64,000 nt of DNA, taken from NCBI GenBank assembly GCA_003614675.1, contig ML002234.1:1-64000 (forward strand). Reading direction: 5' to 3'. The stretch comes from Dimargaris cristalligena. Lineage: Eukaryota. The translations under genes and the position numbers were made by a program. Below, in pieces: positions 24,781 through 36,134 of this stretch. How positions within the stretch are numbered: position 1 is the stretch's first letter; each line of letters starts with the position of its first letter. The notes below the pieces were generated by a model. The model saw only the letters and a list, made by a program, of their open reading frames with translations, was not told the origin of the DNA and searched no databases.

Positions 24781-26860
24781 CTACCAGGTTAGCATGCCAC
24801 GTCTTTCGATTTACGACCTTACCCCATATTTATGTGCCAGTCGGCCTGTCTCCGCTCACTTTGGTTTCTCTTGCCATAGCGGCCCCACCTGTATTTCACC
24901 CCGACCCTTCGGTGGATTATTTATTAGTATTAATTTAGTTTTTTATTTCGACGTATAGCCTTGAAACAGGAGCATATTTATACCAATTTTTATATCTATA
25001 TCTATATTCATATTCATATCCATATCGGTATTGTTGTGTCAAGGCCAGCAGGCTGGTCTTCAATCAAAGCATCCGCTAAGACTGTTTGGGGACTTGATTT
25101 TCCTTATATGCTTAGTGGGGATACTCTATAAACCCTTGGTCCTATCTTAAATCATTATAGTGGAAATAGGGGAATTACGACGCGTTCGGTGGGTAAACAC
25201 CAAGATTAGGGAATTGGGATAATGGTGGTTTAAAGCATACAGTAATGCTGAAGGGGGCGAGCGGTAAATAACCTAACCGGGGCACTTCTTGAAGGTTCCA
25301 AGGATTCAGTTGCGGGGGGATGAGGCGGGCGGCAGGTAGTCGCTGGTATATATAGGGGCTTGCTGGTCCGATAATGTAGCGCACCTATTCTATGGAGTAC
25401 CATTATTCATTTGAGTATCCTCGATGGCAGAAGAGGGGCGAGAGGGAGACGCAGCCGTCTTCCGCTGGAACCTAATTGCAGTGACACAGGAACTGTGTCC
25501 CACGTGCCGTTTAATCGGGGCCGATGGAATGAGTTGATAGGCGATGGGACAAAGACATCGAGTGACCTTTGTGGTGTATGGCCCAGGGTACTTGGACAAC
25601 CAATTCGAGGCCGATATACCAAGGATGGAGGAGGGGGGGATCAGGTGAGCAGAACCATGAAGCTGGCGTTGTGGGGATCCAATCGCGCCAATGGCACAGT
25701 CAACTATGCAGCGTATATAATATACCACTTTGGCCAAATGGAGTGAGGGCGTCTAGGTCGCCCAGTATATGAACAACAGACCGAGTATATCGCGGACTGG
25801 GCGGGATGTGTTTCCGGCCAGTGGGACAAGGCGGATGAGTAAGCACGGAGAGGTGGGTAGCTCATTAATGAACTAGCCAATTAGCTAGCTAGCTAAATAA
25901 CTAACTAATTAACTAATAACTAACTAAGTGGGGGTCCTAAAAGGAGTTACGCGGATGGAGCCCAAGGCCTACGGCCCTGCCAAGTGCCAAAGGAGGTGGC
26001 CCGCTAAGCACAACGGGGCGTGGAAGTGGCGGTGATGATATGGAATATAGAGAGCGAAAGAGAGAGACGGCGGGTAATCCCGGCAATCCAGCGTAGGCTT
26101 AGTGAGGGATGAAGAAGAGTGCCGGCTGCACTCCACATTATGCACCTGCCGGCGGAGGAGCGCCTCCCTCTCCTCACCCCTCGCCTTTCTACTCTCCTTT
26201 TCTCCTTTCTGGCTGCTTGACAACCATGCCCCGTCTTCATTGGCAGCGTTTTGTATTTCTAAGCCGCAGAGAATAAGAGAAAGAGTGTCGTTGGATACAA
26301 GAGGGGAAGGGTCTGGTGAATTACTAGGCTGATCTACATTCATTTCCTCCGTCTAAACATACCAAGTCGAATGCATCTGTATCGGGACGGTAACGAAGGA
26401 AACGGGGGGTGGAGGGGCGGGACAAAAAAAGAGGGGATTGGGCTAGGGTGATTGGGTGGAAGGGGTAAACAAACGGGTACACACCCATTGCACGCATGGC
26501 GGAGTTTGGAATTATAACAGTGGTTTCTTTCACCCGTCCCACCCTGCGCCCCTCACTATAAGCCGGTGGTTGGGTCATCTACTTGGTCTTGTTGATTCTA
26601 CTTCTACTTCACTCTCTCTTTTCTTGTGGGCTTCCTCGGTTGCATTCCTTTACTTTTCTCTTTTCTATCCCCTGGAGCTTCCTTGCTAAGGCCTGCTCGT
26701 CTATCGTTATCCGTTCAAGTATCGATACTCCCGCCCCCCTGGTTTTCTCCTTTATCATATACTTTTATACTTTCATATATATACATATATATATATATAT
26801 ATCTCTTCGTTTCCGCTGTTTACTCCCTTCCAACCCCCATACACTACCCCTATAACTCGA

Positions 26861-29403
26861 ATGGCTGATCGCAACGGGCCCGTCAACTACCACGAGGACG
26901 ACCCCACCGGGTCGCACCATTCCGCCCCCACCCACCACCACGCTCTTTACCCGTCCACGCTACTGCCCGCCCATCCCGTCGCCCCGCCCTACGGCTACTA
27001 CCCTGCCAGTCTAGCCGCCGCCACCGCCGGGGGAGGTTCGGGGGCCGGCCTGCCGCCGCAGATCGGCCAGTCGGCTTCCGCCGTATCACCGCCCACTTCG
27101 CCCTATGCTTCCCCCGGGCCCACCAGCCCCTACATGACCCACAGCCCGCCGCCCATGTCCAGCGCGGGCGTCGGGGGTAACATGCACCTGCAATCCCCCC
27201 CTACTTCGCCGTACTTTTACTACAGCCATTTCATCCAGAGTTTCGATCCCCGCCACCCCGGGTCGCCGAATGGCCTTGTTGCTGGCACCCCCGCCAGCGC
27301 CGCGATGGGACTGGCCAGCCCCGGCTCCTTGGGGTCCCCCCGGGGTATGACCCTGACCTCGCCCTATTCCGCCACCAGCCCCCTCATGATGTCGCCCGGC
27401 GGCACCATGGCCGCAGCGGGTCTGGTGCGCGGTTACCCATCCGCGGCTCTGCTCTCCCCCGGTCGCCACCCGGACTCCCTGAGTCGCCAGGCGGCCTACG
27501 AACTGGCCCGGGATAACACCAATGTGTATATCCGTAATCTGCCCAACGATATGACCGATGATTCCTTGAATCGCATGTGTTCAGCGTAAGTCCATCTGCT
27601 TTATCTACCTGCTGGCTGGAACCAGGGGTGGGCAACTTTTCCCACCCACACCCCCATCAATCTATTTATAATCAGGCGGAGGACGGTGTTGCGGACATGT
27701 GTAGTATATATTATATGAAGGGGGGGGAGTGGTGGTATGGTTGGTAGACATTCCTTGGTTTGGATGATTGATTATATGCCCCCTTGTTTTGGGGCAATCT
27801 GTGGGACCTTTTTCCCCAACATCCGAGCCCTGCAATAGTCCTTTTAAGTCACCCCATTCACTTTCTCCCCAGTGCATTGTTTTCTTCCCTTTTATGACAC
27901 CTGTTTATTCCTTTATTATTATTATTATTATTATTACTATTAGTAGTAGTAATAGTATTTATATTAATATTTCCACTGCCATCATTAGTGCGGTGACTTT
28001 TAATTAGCAGGGATCTTACTTGATATATTCTTTATCATTCCCCTTGTATATTTTACCATATGCCATACCCACAGATTCGGGAAGATCACCTCCTCTAAGG
28101 CCATTCTGGACGAAACCACCCAGGCCTGTAAGGGCTTCGGGTTTGTCATGTACGAGTCCATTGATGAAACCCACCACGCCATAATCAAGCTCAACGAAAT
28201 GGGCTACCAGGCCTCCTTGGCTAAGGACTCGTTCAAGACCCGCCTTAAGAACATGCAGGACAAGTCCTCCACCAATGTGTACATCTCCAACCTGCCGCTT
28301 AACATGACCGAGGCCGAGCTGATTTCCCTGTTCGAAAACTACAGCATCATTTCGCCGCGTATCCTTCGCAAGGACGAGGAGAAGGCTAGCCGCGGGGTTG
28401 GTTTTGTCAGGTAAAGTGCCGATCCATGCGGGTAGTTGTAACGATTCAACAGGTTTGATGTGGAGTGTAACCGGCCGGGTTGGGTTATTACCTGCTATGT
28501 ATTTTTTTTCGAAAAGGGTGGGGGGTAGGTGTGTATACATAATTGTCGTGTTGCATTTATGTACATCGGTGTCCCCCCTATGAGCATATGCCCTAATCAA
28601 TCACCCTAGAATTCTCGCGGATCTATTATATTTCCATCCTACCCACGGGCTAATCTAACGGTCTATTAATTTGCTATTTTGCGCGGCATTCCCACAGACT
28701 GGCTGACCGTGAATCAGCGATCGACCTGATCCAGAAATTCAATGGCAAGACTTTGCCCGGTGGTACGGCCCCCCTCCAGATGCGCTTTGCCGACTCGGCC
28801 GCCCAGAAGAAACTCAAGAGCCAGACCGTTAAGCGTCGCCCGTCGCGTTCCGGCCGGGACGGTGAAGGGGAGTCATCGCGCTCGGGTCGGGACTCGGCTG
28901 GACGAGCGGGCAGTAGCGGTGGCAGTGGGGGCGATGGTTTGGCCGAACTGGGCCCCGCCATGTATTACCCGGGTCTCGCCCACTCGGGCAGCCTAGCATC
29001 GGCGATGCTGCCCCCGATGTACGCGGCCCATCCCCACCCGCACGCCCATGCCCACCCTCATGCTCACGCACATGCCCACGCCCATGGACACCCTCCGCCT
29101 TTCCCCCACTTCCCGGTGGCGCCCATCTATTCGAGCTTGGCTCTCAATCCCCACTACCAGCCGAGTATCGATCAGCTCACCAGTGGGGGCCATCCCGCGG
29201 CCATGGGACATCCCCGCATGCACCACCCGACTTCGCCGCATTCGTTAGATGCTAGTATCAGCGGCAGTAGCAGCGGCACCGGGCATACTGGCAAATCGAC
29301 GGCAGCCTCATCCACCGCTGCTGTCGCTTCGGGATCGCATCCCAGCCTGAGCTCGCCGGAGGACCAGTTGAGTCATATTACCGAGACTAAGCTAACTCTG
29401 TAA
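26861..29403 (+). CDS. Two-RRM RNA-binding protein, RBMS/MSSP-like, 3 exons: 26861-27585, 28075-28410, 28698-29403; about 588 aa
   Basis: RRM1 has TNVYIRNLP and CKGFGFVMY. RRM2 has TNVYISNLP, SRGVGFVR and PLQMRFADSAAQKKLK. Low-complexity Pro/Ser and His-Ala/Pro flanks. Intron phases are consistent. Confidence 0.88.
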
Positions 29404-31860
29404 TTAAGGATTGTTCTCTGTTTTCCCAGCAACTCGGGTATCGCCTTCAATTTCCCCATTGATGCATTTTATTTAGTTATCTTTTCGATTTGGTCAATGA
29501 TTTGACATCTTTATTTACTTATTTCTCTTTTTTATTACTTGACTCGGCTTTAAGTCCATTTATCCTTTGATGAACTTTATTACTACCTCTCCCTCCCCTT
29601 CATTGCCACATTTCTCTTTCAGCGAGTCTTTCTTGCTGTGTGTCGTTCCATTTCCCGCCACCACCAGTCGTTGCACCCAAGCGTCTTCGGATTTTAATTG
29701 ATCCGGTTCCATTACTCCTTCCGCATCTCCCTTGTCTCTTTTCATTTCATTTCAGCTTTATTTTTTTTTGGCACCACCCTTCCCTCCCATTTATATCCAC
29801 TACTCCACCCCCGCACACCCATTTCCTTCCCCCACAGAGCCTTACCTCCCTTCTTTGGCCCAGTTCGTTGATTAATTAATTAATTCACCTCTTTTTATTT
29901 TTATCTTATTACATTTAACTACCGTTGATTCCCATGATTCAACCGTGATTTTATTACTTGCTGTGTTAGCCTTTTCCTTATTATCATCATCCACTTGATC
30001 TGATTTCTAAATCGCTTTATCCCCACCCCACAGCCCTCACCCCCCGGGCTTCACAGCCGCACTAGTATTGCCCATGTTAACTTGATGGTCTGACCTTCTA
30101 AACCGGGTTTGGAGTTGCTTCTGCTGGATAAAAGGCATCCAGGCTAAATATGCTGGTTAGGATTAGAAGCGCTTACCATTGTGTTTCCCCACCATTTCTT
30201 CACATTATGCCCTTTAGAATTCCATTTAATCTACCGAAGTAGTGATTACTGGGATCTGAAGGGCAGTAGTTCCTGATAGATGGGAGAATCCTATCCAATA
30301 CATCTGGGACTCCTCCGTTTTTAAATCAGTTCTTACTCTGGTTGATTTCCACTATACTATTCAGTCCCCTACCGCGGGCCCCAATTCATCCATCTGGATG
30401 CCCCCGACACCATATTTATATGGAGGGCAACTATATCGAACCCACCCCTTGGTCATCAATTATTCACTGGACCGTTGGATACCTATGGTACTACTACCAT
30501 GTTCTATTACATCATTGGTACAGTAGCCATTTGCTTTACCTGTTGCTTATTGCTTACTCACAGTTACCTATAGCTACACTTTTACCCACATACATAACCG
30601 CTTGCGATTAATTTACAATAAAAAACGAACCCTTGGAGTTTGGTAAGCATAGTATTGGGAAATGCCCGCTACTGACCTACCTGATATGGCTCGATACGGG
30701 TTCTGTCCCTGGTGGCTTAATTTGTGGTTGAAAGGGTATCTCGGGTCGCCGAGTGTTTCATGGATATCATGCATAGAGCCACCAATTAAAGCCCTATAGC
30801 TTGCAGGAATTCTTCAGGGACCCTCCCCCCCTTCATCCCAACAACAGCGGAGTGAATAGCTTATGCTCTACTCTCACCTGATTTGCATATGGCAATAGTC
30901 CACGATTGGATGGCACATGAGTAGGTGGCGGGGGATTGTGACTGGCCTCTTCTCTCTCCTTTAGTACCGATTGCCCGATATGCCAATAACTTCATCCCAA
31001 CGCTGATTAGTTCGTAGGTGAATTGGGGGGCAAAGGAAAGCAGGGAACAACGGGGTCATTACACCTCTAATTGCACAGGGCCATTAGGGGCCCATTTCCC
31101 TAGTCAGCCTGTGGAGGGCTTTGACTTTCAGCTGCCGACCATTTTCACGTTCACTTTGCGCATATAGAGTTAGTCAGTTAGAGATTACGTCGTGGATCCC
31201 ACTTGGACTCGACCACGGGACTAACTATCCATGCCCAATTGTGTCTGCCAGCCATGGGCCCAACAGTGCTTCAACAACTGATATAAAATGGATGTCATCC
31301 GCTGGCTGGTCGATGTCCCAAGGCTATCTCGTTGTTTGTAATCCCGCCATTTAACCAAGTATTGTTTAATTTTTGGTATTCCACATCTGCTGCAACCCAC
31401 TCATACCCCAAAGCGCAGCCAACCTCGTACGTACCTTTAGGGTTCTTTGTTCCACACTTAGATAATTCCGTCGATTTTCTCAAGGTAGTTTGTTGAAACC
31501 ATACAGCCAGCTATATTCCGCGGCTCACCTGCCCATTCTATCCACAATTAATCTAGTCGTTGCCGCAGTCAACCCTCTAACCCCATCTTGGTCCACCCGA
31601 AATACTCCGAAAGGAAAGGAAACCCCACCCGCCGTAACGAACGCCGCATATACACACACACACACACACAAACGTATTCGCCTACCCGTCTCCCCTCGTA
31701 CATTCCCAATATCCTCGGCACTTTCACGGCAATAATTGGTTGGGGATACTCTTTAGGCCCTCCCGCTTACTCTCTCGGTTGAAAACTCCCTCTCCCTCTG
31801 CACTTTCAGGATCCGTGTGTGATTATTTTTACTTTCATTTAGCCGTTTTGTCCCAGATAG

Positions 31861-32454
31861 GTAAGTGGAGGTTCCACAGACCATTAGCATTTAGTGGTGG
31901 GGTGATTATCCAGGACTTCTTCCGACTTGTTTCGTCCCTGTTTTTCTTCTCCTCCCCTCTTCTTTCTCCAGTGCTTTCTCGGGGGCTCTCGTCCCTGATT
32001 ATAGGGGTGGTGAAATAATTGCCGTTGACCTATTGACTTTCTGTTCAAGGAACAGCTGGTGTGACCGGGCACTTGGCTTTGCGTGTCAAGTATTGGCTAA
32101 GGTTCTAGAAAGCCGCTTAGGCCACCCGCCCTAACTGGCGGTGATGGTGATGGATCTTGCTGGTGGCCTGCTTTAGCTTGGCTCTCTGCATGTATGTTCT
32201 TCTTTGTATGCATATGTCCTCCCCAATGTGGTTAACCGCGGGGGGAACGCATAGAGCCGAAACTTCATCCCGATGGGTTAATTAATATTCCCTTTGGGAT
32301 TGATTTCCTACCCTCGAATCCCCCCCGTCTTCGTCTATTGCGTTGCCCACCACCACCACCCGCCTATCCAATGCATCCCTCCCCTATTCCATCCATACAC
32401 AGTGGGTCCATGACTCACCCCCCCCCTCCTCCCCCCCCCCCCCCCCCTTCGCAG
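31861..32454 (+). other. Putative 5'-UTR intron of the aspartate aminotransferase gene
   Basis: AG|GTAAGT donor at 31861, TGACTCAC branch-like site near 32411, long C tract and TTCGCAG| acceptor ending at 32454, 34 nt before ATG 32489. Confidence 0.55.
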
Positions 32455-32488
32455 GTAGTATATAGAGCACTTCTTCGGCTTCCCAACC

Positions 32489-34679
32489 ATGGCGTCACCT
32501 CAACTCTCTCCCCGCCCTACTCATTCCCCATTGGCCCGTCTCCACCTCGTCGCCCAACACCTCCGCTCCCCCTCCACCATGTCCGAAGGTACCGTTGGCT
32601 TCACCTTTACCCTGTTGTATTCTATCCGCTCCCTTCGGCGGTTAACGGGGGGCAACCTGCCTCCACGTCCCCGAATTAACGGCAAACTTGGTGTGACTAC
32701 CCTTTCCCCCATTATAGACCCTGTCTAAACACACCTATGTGAGCACTGTTCTCCGGACTAATCTTACGCTTCGTTAACCACAACATTTTTACTCCCCCCC
32801 CTTTTTCACCCATGGCTCACCGCATACGTCTTGGCTTTAGTCTCCGCTTTCGCCGATGTTCCCCTGGCTCCCCCGGATGCCATTCTGAATCTCTCTACCA
32901 TGTACAAGAGTGACACCTCCGACCAGAAAGTCGATCTGGGCGTTGGCGCTTACCGTGATAATGACGGTAAGCCCTGGGTGCTCCCCGTGGTTCGCAAGGT
33001 ATGTCATAAGTATTCTGTCTCCCAGGTTGTAAATTAAATAATCGGGAACCGGCGTCTGCAAGACGGGTCTCTTATGGGTTTAATATACTCTGTATTACGA
33101 AACCAGGTTTAGTCATCAAGCAAAGGGTACCGCCGTGCTCATTCAACTGTGGAATCCCTGTCCTTTTGGCTGTAATAGTCTGGGTACTGGGGGGGGGGAC
33201 ACTTGGGTACCTTGGCCCTCCCCCTCGGGAAGCCGGGCCTCCTGGGTGATGTGCTCGTGCCTGCCTGTGTTTGATCTATTGGCCAACTAAATATATGCTT
33301 ACGGGGCCCCCTCTTTTAGATCTACAGTGGCGGTGCTTTTTTCGTTTCACCAACACCATTCCGCCACCTTCTCTCTTCCATTGCATATTAACCATCTCTT
33401 GATTATCCCTTTATTTAATTTCTCCGTCTGGGACACCTCTCCTTTTACGTTTGATATAGGCCGAGAAGCAGATCGCCGACGCTCAACTCGAACACGAGTA
33501 CCTCCCTATCGCTGGTCTCAAATCATTCACTGACGCCGCGGCCGTTCTCTTACTCGGATCCGATAACCCAGCCATCGTTGACCAGCGGGTAAGTGTTATT
33601 GATTATAAATATGCACTTTATTGCTTCTCGATTTACACATACCTCAACATATATATATGTATGCATTCTAGCCCAGTATAACAATTCGTGGAGACTGGAA
33701 ACCATCTAATTACTTACTCACATCCTGACCTATTCACTCTTATTCATTTTACTAGGTTGTGAGCTTCCAGACCATCTCCGGCACTGGCGCCAATTTCCTG
33801 GGGGCTACCTTCCTGTCGCGATTCTACCCCAAGGGCACCTTGGTGCTTCTGTCTGACCCTACCTGGGCCAACCACAAGAACATTTTCAACTCGGCCAGTC
33901 TTGAGACCCAGGACTACAAATACTACGACCCAGCCACCCTGGGCTTGGACTTGGCCGGCATGCTGTCCTCGCTTCAGGATGCCCCCAGCGGCTCGATTGT
34001 TTTATTACACGCCTGCGCCCACAACCCCACCGGCGTGGACCCTACTCAGGAACAGTGGAAGCGTATCGCCGATGTGATGCAGGCCAAGGGCCACTTCCCT
34101 TTCTTCGACTGTGCTTACCAGGGTTTTGCCAGTGGTGATTTGGATAGAGACGCCTTTGCCATCCGCTACTTTATCGAACGCGGCTTCGAATGCTCCATTG
34201 CCCAGTCATTTGCCAAGAACCTTGGTCTTTACGGCGAGCGCGTCGGCTGCTACCATGTGGTTACCCGCAACGCCGCCGTGGCTAACCAAGTACGGAGCCA
34301 GATTGCCCGGGCCTCGCGGGCTATCATTTCCAACCCTCCGCTGTACGGTGCCCGCGTGGCCAGTACCGTGTTGAACTCTCCCACCCTGCTGGCCGAGTGG
34401 AAAGACAGCTTGCGATTCATGTCGGGTCGAATCCTCGACATGCGCGCCGAACTGCGCCGGCTCATGTTGGAGAAGGGTACCCCCGGTAACTGGGACCATA
34501 TTACTAGCCAGATTGGCATGTTTACCTTCACTGGTTTGAATCCTGAACAGGTTAACTACATGGTTAAGAAGCACCATATTTATATGACCAAAAACGGCCG
34601 CATTTCCATGGCCGGTCTTTCTACTCACAATGTGCAACATGTGGCGCAGGCCATCGATGATGTCGTGCGCAACTATTAA
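32489..34679 (+). CDS. AAT2: Cytosolic-type aspartate aminotransferase with optional PTS2 extension; exons 32489 (or 32579)-32588, 32841-32998, 33460-33588, 33756-34679; 436 or 406 aa
   Basis: APPDAIL, KVDLGVGAYRD, QTISGTGA, LLHACAHNPTGVDP, FFDCAYQGFASG, PLP-lysine motif QSFAKNLGLYGERVG and GRISMAG. Splice phases are consistent. Confidence 0.95.
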
Positions 34680-36134
34680 ATATTTCGGTTGGCTTAATCA
34701 CCAACCAACCTGTAGGGTGATGCTTTCGCCAACTTCCCGGGTTATTGCCATTGGCTGTACCCACCTTGTTTTTTTACTATTATAATTAAAGATATTCTGA
34801 CCACTTTATAACTTTCGGCCAAACTGGAATTACTTCATACACTTCATCTCATCCCTTTTTGCTTCGTCAACAAAGCTATACCAATATCCCAAATATACAA
34901 TACAATATGGGCTAAAGCCACTTTTATGGGACTAAAATGCCCGGGGAAATGTAAATATACAACTTATTGGTTGAATATAGTATATACAGCAAGTATCGGA
35001 AGCAAGCCCTATTGCTATTCCCAGACATATTCCAAGACAGGCAGTTGTTACTGAAACTACTGCACCCTCCACTAAACTAGGCGCGATAAACCCGGGTAAT
35101 TTATAGCTGACTGTTTAGAAACCTAATCAGCTAAATTGGTCCATTCTCTAATAATAATTGTATTATCAAACCCGAATCAAATAGCAGTTACAGGGCCATA
35201 ATGCATAGTTTCACTACACCCATGTCTTCACCAACTGTTATGTTATTTTAAGTATATCAGCCGGTTGCTGGAATTACCATCGACAGCAACAATTTCTTGA
35301 AGCAGACTGGTTTCAGTGTAAGGCATTACTCATTTCAACCTTTGATGTTTCTCCGTACATAGCCCTTAAAAGCACGCAAGTAGTTTAATTTAATTGTAAA
35401 GGGTGTCGAACAGGGTCTACATGTAAATGTGGAAGTAGTATTTTATAGACCAGTGGTATCCAGTCCAAGTTTAATATTATTTGGACCGGCTTCATGTGTT
35501 ATTTTTCCCGCAGTCTTGCTATTAACAACCACTCAAGTCTATTGTAGTCAATTTTGAGCAACAGTTCCCTGGTCGATTTACCATACCCATTCAGTCACTC
35601 ACGCTTTAAAAAAAGTGCAGACCCAATCAGAGGAACTATGCAAGCCCACAAGGTCCCTACTATTAATCACCCTTATTTCCGCCATGACTGCGGATCAATT
35701 CACCCAGTCACCCAACGTCTATTTAATTTATTGAGTCGATTGATACATTATGATAGAGCTATAAATTGATTTACAGTTCTACCGGTCGCCTACTATGGGT
35801 ATGGCTATCAAGCCTATGGAATATCCCCATGAATAGATTAAATGCATCGACATTGGCATCGGCACCGCCTCGGCCGAGTGTCGGCTCTTCTTAGTTTTAT
35901 TTTAGAATAAACCCGGTACAGGTCAATAAACGAGACTTGTCTATGAACAGTGCAAAGGGACACATACGCTTCCGACTGGTTAAGAAACATCCCGAGAATG
36001 ACAAGGCTTCTTGGCATATGTAAGGGGTTGGTTGTTGGAGGCCGTTGGCTAGCTCCGGCCAATATGTATAAATATATATATATTATAGTGGGATATTGGA
36101 AACAACGAAAACAAGTCAGCTTCTAAAAGATGAT

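Noticed and set aside
24391-24958. Poly-Met/Thr and poly-Ile ORFs overlapping the second LPMO
   Set aside because: These are alternative-frame and antisense readings of the (GAT/GAC)n poly-Asp tract.
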